64,000 nt of DNA, from the NCBI GenBank assembly GCA_965249485.1, contig OZ252239.1:3232001-3296000 (forward strand), given 5' to 3'. The stretch comes from a bacterium. Lineage in GTDB: Bacteria; SM23-31. Positions 50,471-60,958 of this stretch are shown here, piece after piece. Below the pieces are notes generated by a model. The model saw only the letters and a list, made by a program, of their open reading frames with translations. It searched no databases and was not told the origin of the DNA. Both the position numbers and the translations under genes were made by a program. The first letter of the stretch is position 1, and each line of letters begins with the position of its first letter.

Positions 50471-52980
50471 GCCACCTCCTGCTTTAACTTATTATAGTTC
50501 TCCTCATTAAACTCTATCATCTCTCCTAAATTTAGCCCCATCTCTATGTCAGCAGGAATGACAAACCCTTCACCCTCTACTACAATCGGGGTCTCTAAAC
50601 TCTTCAAAGTGTCATCCATAGTTTCCTTCCAATAACTCCAAGGCATATCGAAGGAGATTTGATTAACCATACTGTCATGGACTTGATTCAGACACTCTAC
50701 AAACTGGTAGAGTTCTTGATTCTCCCATTGGTGTATGATACCTCTCCTATTTATGATAGCAGGAACCATACTTTGAGGGATTGTAGCATAGGCACTCTTG
50801 AGTACTCTTGTTGGACTATCCATGAATCGCCTTGTAAAGCCGAAGAAGTTAGTTATAGAACGGTCTTTCCAGAGCTTACGGCTTATCCATTTGTAGTATC
50901 TCTTAATCCCTGGATAGAGATTGTGGAAGGCATCTACAATACGCTTAGCCTCTTTGTAAGAAAGCTCATACTCATGGGCAAACAAGATATATCCCATACC
51001 ATAGTTAAGAGCATGGTTCGCTTTCTTTCCCCAAAACCTCTCAGAATAAGAGCCACTACCTAGAGATGAAGAGCCTTCCTTTCGAGAAATCTCTTCATAA
51101 GGCTTGTTAAATATAGCTGAGGCAGTGAGACTATGAAGGTCTGTGCCATCTCGGAAGGCATTCCACATCTTAGAGTCATCAAGAAAGTGGTGTAGAATGA
51201 ATGCAATAATCATATTCTCAGCTTGTCTAAGGTCAATGTTAATCAGACCACAGTTTTCATCTGCTATAAGGTATTTCTTGATGTCGAATTTGTATTCCTC
51301 TGGAGTATCCGGCTTATAGGTATAAGGATGAGGAAGCGTTTGCATATTGCAACCAGTGTCATAGACAAAGTTCTTACCTGAGGACAGCCTCAAAGTCTCA
51401 GTCCCAACAGGATTAAAGAAACATCTCATTCTACCATCAAGAGTTTTAGCTTTATAATAAGTAGAGTTGAGCTTCGAGAACTTCCTAAATTCAAGGAGAG
51501 GTCTAGCTTCTTCATAGCCTTTGGCAAGTATCTTCTTAAGAGCCTCTTCGTTAGTGGTCGGTCTCTTTGAAGTTTTGTCTCTGATGATAGGTTTGACTTT
51601 GAGGACATTGTAAAAGTAGTCAATCATTTGAGGAGCAGAAGCTATATTGAGGTCTCGCCCTGCAATTTCAATGAACTCCTGCTCCTTCTGTTCACACAAG
51701 TCATCCAACCTTTGACTCTCTTCCTTCCTACCTTCCTCATCTACTTTGAATCCCCTCTCCTGCATGTACATAAGTGGGTGTACTAGCTTTTTAGTCCAGT
51801 TGTAGGTCTCCTTATTACTGAGTTTGTCTAAGTATTTCTTCTGTTTAGGGAGAGCTATGGCAGTAGCTATACCATCCATCCCATTGTAACGCCAAAAGTC
51901 TTCATATTTTCCACCAATACGGAGGTATGTTTTTCCTTCTGCTTTGTAGTAAGGTTCACCTTCACCATACATTGAGAGGATGAAGTCTAATCCTTTTGGA
52001 AAGTCGGGGTAGATAATACCCTGAGCTATCATTGTGTCATCAAAGGAGTTAGTAACTATACCGTATTTGTTGTAGAGGAAACCCATATCGAAGATGAAGT
52101 TTTGACCGACCTTGGTGATTTCAGGATTAGCCATTATCTCCGCTATCTTAAGCATAATGTCATACTCCTCTTGTGCAGTAAAGACGTTCCTCATGTGTGC
52201 AAAGAAGGGTATGACCTTACAGTTAAGATGGTCGGTTCCAAAGCAGAGACAGTTCAACTCCCTGTTCACTATCTCTATGTCGAAGAAGACCTCCTTTTTA
52301 GTGGAAATCTCTTCAAGCCAAAGACTGACTTGCGTGGGAGTAAGGAGCCATTCAATGTTTCTAGGTACTCGGTAGAGTTTTGGAGTGAGGGATTCTGCCT
52401 TTGCTCGAACTAAATCCCATGAGATAAGCCGACCGTTTAAGGGAACTCTCTCAGGGAGTGCACTAGCAGGGTGCATTGTAGGGATAACTTTTCGAGGAAC
52501 TGGTATAGGTTCAGAAGGATTCTCAGGATTAGGGAGAAACTCTTTAGAGATTTGAGCCACACCTTCAAGGATAGAACCTCTTTGTTTTGTAATAGGGTGT
52601 TTGCGAGTCAGAGCATAGAGTGGTATAGCACCGAAGGCCACAATGACGTTAGCATTACATTCTCTGATAGTTTTATAAAGCTTCCTCTCATACTCATCAT
52701 ATTCAGGAGAAGTCTTAGCATTGCCGTAGTTAGAGATTTTTATAAATGGGTCTATGTTATTATGGTGAGGTCGTTCTAGAACCACATTCCCTAGATAGAC
52801 CTTGGAGCGTAGGATTCCTGCTGAGGGGAGGAGTTTATCTAAAAGCTTTCCGGCTTTACCTGTAAAAGGTATTCCTCTCTGTTCCTCCACTCGTCCGGGT
52901 GCTTCCCCTACCATTGCTATAAGAGAGTCAGGGGAACCTATGAAAGGGACTTGGGTTTTGGGTATGATTAGTTCGGTCAA
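50467..52980 (-). CDS. polA: Family A DNA polymerase with N-terminal UDG-like and 3'-5' exonuclease domains
   Basis: VGEAPG and HPAS (UDG4-like); FDIE, NFIFD, YNGMD (exo); DLRQAE, KKANHALNYG, QVHDS (motifs A, B, C). Confidence 0.92.
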   Translation of the reverse strand: MTELIIPKTQVPFIGSPDSLIAMVGEAPGRVEEQRGIPFTGKAGKLLDKLLPSAGILRSKVYLGNVVLERPHHNNIDPFIKISNYGNAKTSPEYDEYERKLYKTIRECNANVIVAFGAIPLYALTRKHPITKQRGSILEGVAQISKEFLPNPENPSEPIPVPRKVIPTMHPASALPERVPLNGRLISWDLVRAKAESLTPKLYRVPRNIEWLLTPTQVSLWLEEISTKKEVFFDIEIVNRELNCLCFGTDHLNCKVIPFFAHMRNVFTAQEEYDIMLKIAEIMANPEITKVGQNFIFDMGFLYNKYGIVTNSFDDTMIAQGIIYPDFPKGLDFILSMYGEGEPYYKAEGKTYLRIGGKYEDFWRYNGMDGIATAIALPKQKKYLDKLSNKETYNWTKKLVHPLMYMQERGFKVDEEGRKEESQRLDDLCEQKEQEFIEIAGRDLNIASAPQMIDYFYNVLKVKPIIRDKTSKRPTTNEEALKKILAKGYEEARPLLEFRKFSKLNSTYYKAKTLDGRMRCFFNPVGTETLRLSSGKNFVYDTGCNMQTLPHPYTYKPDTPEEYKFDIKKYLIADENCGLINIDLRQAENMIIAFILHHFLDDSKMWNAFRDGTDLHSLTASAIFNKPYEEISRKEGSSSLGSGSYSERFWGKKANHALNYGMGYILFAHEYELSYKEAKRIVDAFHNLYPGIKRYYKWISRKLWKDRSITNFFGFTRRFMDSPTRVLKSAYATIPQSMVPAIINRRGIIHQWENQELYQFVECLNQVHDSMVNQISFDMPWSYWKETMDDTLKSLETPIVVEGEGFVIPADIEMGLNLGEMIEFNEENYNKLKQEVA

Positions 52981-53303
52981 GTAATGATGCCTCTCTCTTG
53001 AAGGAGTTTTCTATTATCTCTTTGAGTTTCCATTTGTTCTAATCTGTATTCATTAACCTCTTGAGCTAGCTTGGCTATTTGGTGAAGTCTCTCAATTACA
53101 AAAGGGTCTTCTCCATCGCCACTTCCCCTTCTACTTCTTAAATCTAAATCTACCCCTGCATGTTGACTAGTACCTAGAGTCTCAGAATAGATTAATAGAT
53201 TGACTGTAGTAATATCTCCCATAGAGAATACTACTTGGTTCAGCTTTATCTTAGTGTAGCGTTGTAAAAGCTCAGTCTCTTCTTTAGTATATACTCTATT
53301 CAT
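52977..53303 (-). CDS. Hypothetical phage protein
   Basis: ATGA-coupled on both sides. Confidence 0.6.
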   Translation of the reverse strand: MNRVYTKEETELLQRYTKIKLNQVVFSMGDITTVNLLIYSETLGTSQHAGVDLDLRSRRGSGDGEDPFVIERLHQIAKLAQEVNEYRLEQMETQRDNRKLLQERGIIT

Positions 53304-53650
53304 CGTTCATCTCCCTCTCCTTTTATAGTTCCGTTCTCTCTTTTTTTGTCTAACTTGGCTAAGTTCTCAAGAGCTACTGCCGTTAAAGGAATACCTAATC
53401 CATAGGCACAGGCATTCACATACCAGAGAATGTCACCGAGTTCCTTTATGAGGAGTGCGGTAGGAAGTCGGTCATAGTCTTGTCTCATTATCTTCTTGAC
53501 TTTATTAGCCATCTCACCACACTCTCCCATGAGAGCAATAGCGGTATAAATAAGTCCTATAGGACTGTCATCATCCCTAGGATAAACTGCTGTTTTCTGA
53601 GCCTCCTTCGAGTAGTCCTCGAAGGTGAGGTCTCTAGGTTTTTTGCTCAT
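53300..53650 (-). CDS. mazG: MazG-like nucleotide pyrophosphohydrolase
   Basis: GECGEMANKVKK, KELGDILWY. Confidence 0.9.
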   Translation of the reverse strand: MSKKPRDLTFEDYSKEAQKTAVYPRDDDSPIGLIYTAIALMGECGEMANKVKKIMRQDYDRLPTALLIKELGDILWYVNACAYGLGIPLTAVALENLAKLDKKRENGTIKGEGDER

Positions 53651-53873
53651 CTCTTTCTCCTTTTTTAGTCTACTCTTACAATGATATAATCACCATAGGA
53701 CTCTCTTATGTCCTCGAAAGGTGTGTTATAAACATAATTTCTATTAAGGTTGAGTCCACAGAGGAAACAGGTAAACTTCTCATCAGTATCTATAAAGACA
53801 TGCCTCTTAGTAGGGAGTTCATCATAAGACATTATCTTAGCCATATTAGCTCTAACACATTCCTGAGCCTTTA

Positions 53874-54104
53874 TCACAACTCTCCCTTATCCATTTTCTC
53901 TAAAATCATCTCTGCTTGTTCTGGAGTGAGCTTATCAAGCATGTCTTCTATCTCGAACTTTTTAGTTATCTTTTGCTTCAAGCTCTTTGATTTAGTTGAC
54001 TTCTTGCTAATCAATCTAGAGGCACGGATTCCCTCTATAACAGAAAGAGCCTCTTCTCTCGGAACAGAAAGGAAGTTCTTTTTAATGTCCTTTAAAGTTG
54101 ACAT
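53874..54104 (-). CDS. Hypothetical phage protein
   Basis: Packed operon. Confidence 0.55.
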   Translation of the reverse strand: MSTLKDIKKNFLSVPREEALSVIEGIRASRLISKKSTKSKSLKQKITKKFEIEDMLDKLTPEQAEMILEKMDKGEL

Positions 54105-54108
54105 TCTC

Positions 54109-54309
54109 TTATTGTTTAAACCCTATGACGAGTTTCCCTCGAAGAGCTTGCCCTATTACTTCTTCTCGCCCAAACTTATCCATCCCTTCAAAGAGAGCTT
54201 CACAGAGACTATTCAAAACTTCTTGTCTAATCCCTCTAGAGAGATACTCTTTGAGTTTCTTCGTCATCTCTGGAGTACAATTAATTGAGATTCGGTCTCG
54301 CTGTGCCAT
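54109..54309 (-). CDS. Small protein, possible ribbon-helix-helix
   Basis: DRISINCTPEMTKKL. Confidence 0.45.
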   Translation of the reverse strand: MAQRDRISINCTPEMTKKLKEYLSRGIRQEVLNSLCEALFEGMDKFGREEVIGQALRGKLVIGFKQ

Positions 54310-55990
54310 CCAACTTATCCCCTGTTGTTTTGTCTTCTACTAAGTTTATTTGAACTGAGAAGATATAAGTCTTCTCTAATCCCCCCTTGAACTGTTTTGT
54401 ATAAGGTAGGTGGACTTTACCAATGTGGTTGAATAGCTTTCTTATCTCTGAGACTGATAGTACCTCAAGCCAAGGTGGTATCTGGAGTTCCTCAGGATAG
54501 GAGAGACCGTTCTCTTCACTGAACTTAACTCTTCCAAAGACAGAGATGGTCTTGAGTGTTATAGCTTGTTCAGCTAAGATGTGAACCTTGAACTTGTACT
54601 TAGACTTTGACATTCTCTTTCTCCTCTTGCTCAAATTTCTTCATAATAACCTTCAATCCTTTTACTCCAGTATTATCCTTTCTAAGTAGAGCATAGTACA
54701 TTACATTAGATACAGCAGTTTGGAACTCAGGATTTATCTCTTGAGGAATTATCGTAGTAGAGTAAATTCCCCACCCCATAAAGGTGAAGTTATTAAGCTT
54801 ATCTTCAAAAGAGTGTTTATTTTCCTCTACAAGAACTTTGTACTCTGTTGTGTGTGGCATCTTATCCTTCTTCTAATAAAGCTTTGTTCTCTCCTTTTTA
54901 GGTTATAGAGTTACAAATAACCATTCCCAAAACTACTACAACTGTCAAGGCTCATCCTATACCTATTAGCAACCAAGTTATATAACGATGGTCTGGATTC
55001 ACTTCTCCTCCTAAAGAACAAGCCCCATGAGCTACAGTAGTCTATCACTCAAGAAAAGGTTGTGAACGGAGGCTGGTTACACCCTCGTAGTGACTACTCC
55101 CCTGTAAGTCTTGCTCATGTTTTGTGTAGTTTAGTTTTTCCTTGTTGTACCTTCTTGTGTAGCTTTGCGTTTTTAGCTTGCCCTTTTCTAGACTGTAGTC
55201 CATAGCTATGTGGTTTATAGTTTTGGTCTGAGAGATAGTCTACTAAGGCATCCCATATAGTAATGACAGGGAGCTTTGCAACTCTATCTGCACCATCAAA
55301 TATAGTTATATAACCTTCCTTGATAGCTACGTCTGTGACCTTTCCTTTGGAGTCTATGTAGACTAGGGATTTTTTAGTCATCTAGAGGAATCCCCTCTTT
55401 ACCATCATATATAAAAGTCTCACTAGTTAAGAGTTTTCTTATATGCTCTGTATGCTTAGTTATAAGAAAATTAATACACCCTTGTAAACCCTCAACCATC
55501 TCTCCAGTAACTACACTAGTCTCAGTATATATAGAAAGGGTTACTTGAGTTGAAGCATTGACCAACTTAGGTATAGCAGTTGGAGTCGTTAGACAAATGG
55601 CTAGTGCTTTGATTGCATCTCTACGCTTCACTTAATAACTCCTTCTCTATCTTCTTAAAGTTATCTCTTAACTTATCAAGCATGGTAGCTCTAACTTCAA
55701 AAGTAGAACATATACTAGTCCAGACTATCTCAGGGAATAGCAGTACCCACTGCCAGTGTACCCATAGATAGCCTTTTATGTATAGTAATTGTAGCTTGAG
55801 CATTAGTATCTTCCTCTAGGAAATATTACTAACTTCCCTGTTTTATTATCTCTCATAGCTCTAAACATAGCTTCATGGTGAGCAGTATCTAAAGGATGAC
55901 CTAACGATATATCTTTACACCACCTACTAAAGTCATTTCTTAGGCACTCTAGATACTCTCTATTTGTATTAATGTTATTATCAAACATAG

Positions 55991-56085
55991 TAGTGAGAGC
56001 AGGACTCGAACCTGCAACCTTTCAATCCCATAATGTTTAGACTCATCTCTAGTTCCCTCGATTTGCCATTAAGCTACGAGAGACG
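55991..56085 (-). other. Degenerate tRNA-like element
   Basis: Perfect T arm GCAGG-TTCGAGT-CCTGC (55999-56015), D-arm-like TAGCTTAATGGCA; acceptor does not pair. Confidence 0.35.
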
Positions 56086-56095
56086 TACTTGAACC

Positions 56096-56524
56096 TTATT
56101 GTCCTAGATTAACTACTACACCTTTCTGCTTTCTAACAGCTTCTAGAATGGGTAAGTTTGCTTCTGTAGGTATATAGATAACTTCACTAGAACCATCATG
56201 TAATCCATTTATCCAGAGATACCTGAGGTAAGCTTCATTCCCTTTTAAGGATTCTCCAATAATAGCATTTGCCTCTGCTACTCCTTGTGCCCTTATAACT
56301 TCTGCCTGTTTATAGAACTCAGCAGACTCTAGCACTGCTCTAGCCTCTTCTACCGCTATCTGTTTCTCAAACTCAGCTTGTCTTAAACGTGATTCTCCGG
56401 CAAGAGTCCTTGAATAGATATTGTATTGAGGACAGCCCCACATTCCTAAAGGGATGGAGAGAACAGCTATCACTAAAAGAGTCCGCATTACTATCTTACC
56501 AAAAGCACGAGTATTATTGTACAT
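56096..56524 (-). CDS. Membrane-anchored SPFH/band-7-like coiled-coil protein
   Basis: TM, then AEVIRAQGVAEANAIIGESL, YIPTEANLP. Confidence 0.7.
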   Translation of the reverse strand: MYNNTRAFGKIVMRTLLVIAVLSIPLGMWGCPQYNIYSRTLAGESRLRQAEFEKQIAVEEARAVLESAEFYKQAEVIRAQGVAEANAIIGESLKGNEAYLRYLWINGLHDGSSEVIYIPTEANLPILEAVRKQKGVVVNLGQ

Positions 56525-56629
56525 CTCTTACCTCCTTTTTAGTATAGACAGTTAGGGGAGTTGCTGAGTTGAGCAAGGAGGTTCAACTACTTACACAATC
56601 TCCCCCTTCCTGCCTTTTACTTAAACCTC

Positions 56630-57061
56630 CTAACTAGCTTTCTTACTTTTCCCTTGACCGAGGAATTTCCGTACTTTGTTCTGGTCATCATATCCTTCGG
56701 AACTCCTGACTCCTAGTACTACAAAAGTCTGGAGACCTATCCATGAGGGGAAGTCCATCTTTGAATCAGAAGAGATACCAAAAGCATCTTTGAAGGACTT
56801 GATAGCCCACTTCGCTGAGTTCCTTTGTTTCTTGGTATCCTCCTTGTTGGGAATCCAGAGTGCATGACTAAACATTCTGGAAGCTTCATCCTCAGGACAT
56901 TCCAACAAGACATCAATACGAGCAGAGGTTCCCTCTTCCTCGTCTGCTTCAACGTACTTTACCTTCACGATTTCGACAAGATGCTCATTATCGTCCTCGA
57001 TTAGAGAAGGTTCGACTGCACCCTCAACATTCAAGTCGAGGAAATCAATTTCACTACTCAT
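56630..57061 (-). CDS. Putative ssDNA-binding protein (DUF669-like)
   Basis: Follows Sak4-like ATPase; acidic, ends NKVRKF. Confidence 0.6.
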   Translation of the reverse strand: MSSEIDFLDLNVEGAVEPSLIEDDNEHLVEIVKVKYVEADEEEGTSARIDVLLECPEDEASRMFSHALWIPNKEDTKKQRNSAKWAIKSFKDAFGISSDSKMDFPSWIGLQTFVVLGVRSSEGYDDQNKVRKFLGQGKSKKAS

Positions 57062-57243
57062 ACATACCTCCTTAGATATTATGGTTTATGGGTGTTACGT
57101 TTACTTCTAAATGTGAGAGTTCGTAGATAGCTTCTGAGAGTCGGTTTTCTCTTACTAGGTCTTCTACTTCATCAATAGGTATAGCTTCTATATTATTATA
57201 AACAGGCTAGTCCCAATCATCTAATCCACCCTTATAAAAGAAA

Positions 57244-58116
57244 CTAACCTATTTCTTTGAACAAGTCTAGCTTAGGCAACAGAGGTAAGTCCTCATGTCT
57301 CCTTCCTGCTTTCTTGAGGATAGCTTTAATATCAGCAGGCTCTTCATCTTCCAGAATATCATCCTGAGCAAACCTACTTCCACAAGTATACTTGTTTGTA
57401 GGCTGTATCATAAAGTACCTCTCTGTTCCTTGAGAAGTTTTCCTTACTCTAATGATATAGTTCTCACTAAATACAGCAGGAACCATGTGTTTAGATTGAC
57501 CTGAGAGGAGAGGAAAGTAGCCTATAACATCTCCATCCTCATCTCTATCTACTCCAAGATGACAAGTCAACACTACATCGCAAGGAGTAGCAACTAGGTT
57601 AATCATCTCATCCCTCATAGTAGTGAGAAGGATTCCCCAATCACTCTGCCGTATTTTATCCTTCTTTCCTTGGTCGAAGTCTACGTTACGTCTCTGCTTC
57701 TTAAGTATCTGCCAGAGCATAGAGTTACCCATCAGAGTAGAGGAGTCTATGAAGAGAGTTCCAATGTTTTCAAGGATACCCGATTGGAGGAGCTTACCTT
57801 TGATGTTAATGTAGTTTTTCCAAGCTATAGGATTGTGTAAATCATCCTGTTCACAACCAGTATAGGGTAAGATGGCTCCTTCATTTTCCTGCATCCATCC
57901 TCTTACTGAATCTAGGTTGTTAGAATCAAAAGAGATGTGAAGTATAGGCTTTCGACAAGTCTTTAGAGTATAGGTCTTACCTGCCTTTGAGAAACCTATT
58001 ATCATTATATTGTTAGATTCATTGTGAGAGTCGGTCTTGAATTCTCCTTCTATAAATCGGAGAAAGTCTTCCTTCCTCTCACTCCAATTCTCCAACTTGG
58101 AAGTGTCAATGCTCAT
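57244..58116 (-). CDS. AAA_24/Sak4-like recombination ATPase
   Basis: IIGFSKAGKT, TLFIDS, DWG, VLTCH. Confidence 0.75.
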   Translation of the reverse strand: MSIDTSKLENWSERKEDFLRFIEGEFKTDSHNESNNIMIIGFSKAGKTYTLKTCRKPILHISFDSNNLDSVRGWMQENEGAILPYTGCEQDDLHNPIAWKNYINIKGKLLQSGILENIGTLFIDSSTLMGNSMLWQILKKQRRNVDFDQGKKDKIRQSDWGILLTTMRDEMINLVATPCDVVLTCHLGVDRDEDGDVIGYFPLLSGQSKHMVPAVFSENYIIRVRKTSQGTERYFMIQPTNKYTCGSRFAQDDILEDEEPADIKAILKKAGRRHEDLPLLPKLDLFKEIG

Positions 58117-58554
58117 TTCTTATTCTCCTTCCCATGTCTTACATCGTAAATAATCTGCCTTATTTCCCTTATACTATTATAGTAATCACACTGTGCTTTT
58201 AACTGTTCTAAAGTTGGTGTATTAAAAAACTCATTCTTTACCATTTCCTTCTTTACCATTTCCTTCTCCTATCAAATCTAATACTCCTCTGAGGAGTACA
58301 AGGAATAGTATAGTTAACTCAGAGGATATGACTATCTTTGTTAGGGCATCTTCTCTTACACCGTCATAGAATACATTTGCTACGATTATTCCTAAAATGA
58401 GGAACACAACAAACACTCCATTAGAGAGAAGTAATAGAAATCCTACAGTCTTGAGAGCTTCTTTAAATCTACCTTTCATGTTAGCCTCCATTGATTTGTG
58501 AAAGTAAAAGCATTATCAGAATTAGAAGCATAAGTATGACCGTTAGTTCCCTTT

Positions 58555-58833
58555 TTAGTTTTCCTCAGGGAGGTCGGGGAGCTTTCCCTTCAATTCCTTT
58601 GCATGAGTCTGTCGCCATTTCTTCATAGCTGTGAGTTGTCTCTTGACTGACTTCTCCATCTCGAAGAGACCCTTTTCTTTGAGGAGCTTACGATAAGCGT
58701 CTATAGCCTCGTAGGCTAGAGGGTCTTGTGCTCGAAAGAGGAAGACTGGTTCATCCTCTGGTATGATCTTTTGGTTATGAAGGACATAGTGATAACCTAA
58801 TACCTCATTGTAATCATCTCTTCCAAAGTCCAT
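58555..58833 (-). CDS. Conserved-looking small phage protein
   Basis: IPEDEPVFLFRAQDPLA...KLPD. Confidence 0.7.
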   Translation of the reverse strand: MDFGRDDYNEVLGYHYVLHNQKIIPEDEPVFLFRAQDPLAYEAIDAYRKLLKEKGLFEMEKSVKRQLTAMKKWRQTHAKELKGKLPDLPEEN

Positions 58834-58852
58834 ATTACTCTCCTTTCTTAAA

Positions 58853-59251
58853 TTAAACAGGCAAGTCTCTCTCTCTTAACCACTTATAGCTGTAGTCCTC
58901 AAAGTGTCCTGCCTTCATTATAGCTCTTGCTGTGTAGTTGATTACACTATTACTTTTGTGTACTAAATATTTAATATCTAACTCTTTGAGCTTTCTTTCA
59001 TCTACTTTTGTTATAACCTTTCTTCTTTTATAAGCTTTTGCTTGACTTTCTTCTCTTGATAGTAAGTCTCTGCCAATGGCTAAATAGTGTAGAGTATTTT
59101 TAGTGTTGTTCTGTTTAGCTATAAATAATTGTAATCTAATTGGATTCATCTCTTTATAAGATTGACAACCTATAGCTATTACTTCCTTAATGTCATCTTC
59201 AATTAATCCACCTATTACATTAACCTTATCCTTATAATCTTCTAAGGTCAT
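58853..59251 (-). CDS. Hypothetical phage protein
   Basis: ORF track. Confidence 0.55.
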   Translation of the reverse strand: MTLEDYKDKVNVIGGLIEDDIKEVIAIGCQSYKEMNPIRLQLFIAKQNNTKNTLHYLAIGRDLLSREESQAKAYKRRKVITKVDERKLKELDIKYLVHKSNSVINYTARAIMKAGHFEDYSYKWLRERDLPV

Positions 59252-59896
59252 AGCTTAGTCTCTTTCCATCTCACTTAAAGGGATTTCTCTATCTTTGACT
59301 ACAATACCTTCGTTCATTACAGATACAGGTCGGTCATCGTAGTCCTCAGGCTCTCCATAATTAAAGGCAGACCTCATCCTTCTTAGGTCTTTGGAGGTAG
59401 TCATCCATTCATCTAAGTCCTCAGCCTTGACATATTTACCATTAACTATCTTGCCTACAAGGTTTCTTTGATTGGAGACATTCTTGAGACGTTTGTAGTG
59501 TTTCATTTTTGCCTTTCTAAGAGTCCTATACATAGACCTAGAGTCACTCCTACATAGAGTACTATACAAACTAGACTAAGCCATAGAGAGTGGAGTTTCC
59601 AGATAGTAATCAGAAGCCAGAAACTTCCACCTATTATGGTAGCAAAGCAAGTTACTATTGTAAGGGTTATGCCTATATATGTTAGGAAGTGTTTCATTTA
59701 GAGTGTCTCTTACATTTGACTATACAATCTAACTGATGCTCTCCTGTACTCTAAAAAGTCCAACCAAAGTCCTCAGCTTTCCTAAGACAAGAGTCAAAGT
59801 CTGCTCCTGTAGTCTTAAAGTTGTTTTTACAACCAGTGTTCTTACTTCCATTATCATCACACCATACCTAAAAGGTATAGAAGGCATTATATATAC

Positions 59897-60958
59897 TCAC
59901 CGCTTAACCTCCTTCCTTCCAAACTTAAGGTGCTCTTCTTTCGGGTTCCAGAAGTCAACCTTAAATCCAGGTGGAGGCTTACTTGCATCATATCTCTTTA
60001 GAGGATTCTGTATAGCAGTACAGATTTCCCAAAAGGCACAAGGTCGGTGAAAGTCATAGCATGATTTAGTATTCAGAGGAAAGGCAAACAAGATGTCATC
60101 ATGTTCATTACAGCGTTCAAGTTGGTCTAATTCATGTTCAAGGAGGTCAAGCCTATGATTACATCTCCAGAGCCATTCAGTCATCTGTAGAACGGTCTTC
60201 TCTACAGGCATTCTTAAGGTCATAAAGCCATTCTTTCTTATACCATCCTTCCCTACAGTACCTTTCCTATAGATGAGGAAATTCATAACTATGCCGAAGA
60301 CATCTTCGTGAGGAAATAGTTGTCTGAGAGCTAGAGTATAGAGATTAACTTGGTGACCTAATTTGTGAAGATTCCTGTAGTTCTCATTATCAGCCTTTGA
60401 GGTCTTATGCTCCATACAAAAGATGGCTCCCTTCCGACCTGTGATAGAGCCTGAGGTATCCCTAAGGACTGCATCCATCTTATAGGTCACAAGTCTATTC
60501 CGTTTTGGGTCAATGAGAGCATCTCCAAAAATCTCTATAGCAGGTCTCCCATCGGGAAGGGTAAGAACCTCGTAGTCATCATTTACGTTCTGCTTCATAT
60601 AATCCACATAACCTTCGAGAGCAAAGGCAGGATTTTTAGGAGCTATATCGTCATCTTCATCTACTTCCCACTCTTCTCTGAATTGCTCCAGACCACATTG
60701 ATAAGCTTCTTCTGCTATGTTCATATAGTCGGTGCGGAAGCGTTTATTGAGAGGGGTGATATGCTCCATTCCATGATGAACATAAGCTCCGAAGTCTAGG
60801 TCTAATTGCCTAGTGTCACTTTGCCATCCCCACCATCTAGAAAAGAAACCTTTCCTCTCACAAGCATCATTTTCGGAAAGTTTAGTAGCGTCCATAATTT
60901 CCATAGAGGGATGCCATACAAGAGGGAGTTTCTTTCTATCTCTGTATTCTTCAAACAT
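59897..60958 (-). CDS. PD-(D/E)XK Cas4-like exonuclease
   Basis: C..K N-terminal, FGAYVH, KMD...EHKT, Q..LY, C....PCAFWEIC. Confidence 0.8.
   Translation of the reverse strand: MFEEYRDRKKLPLVWHPSMEIMDATKLSENDACERKGFFSRWWGWQSDTRQLDLDFGAYVHHGMEHITPLNKRFRTDYMNIAEEAYQCGLEQFREEWEVDEDDDIAPKNPAFALEGYVDYMKQNVNDDYEVLTLPDGRPAIEIFGDALIDPKRNRLVTYKMDAVLRDTSGSITGRKGAIFCMEHKTSKADNENYRNLHKLGHQVNLYTLALRQLFPHEDVFGIVMNFLIYRKGTVGKDGIRKNGFMTLRMPVEKTVLQMTEWLWRCNHRLDLLEHELDQLERCNEHDDILFAFPLNTKSCYDFHRPCAFWEICTAIQNPLKRYDASKPPPGFKVDFWNPKEEHLKFGRKEVKR

Noticed and set aside
58234..58263. 15-bp tandem repeat (also 18-bp at 17469-17504)
   Set aside because: Two-copy in-frame micro-duplications at protein tails; no sign of a system
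59897..60958. CRISPR-Cas locus
   Set aside because: Solo Cas4-like nuclease in a recombination module; no repeat-spacer array or other cas genes seen
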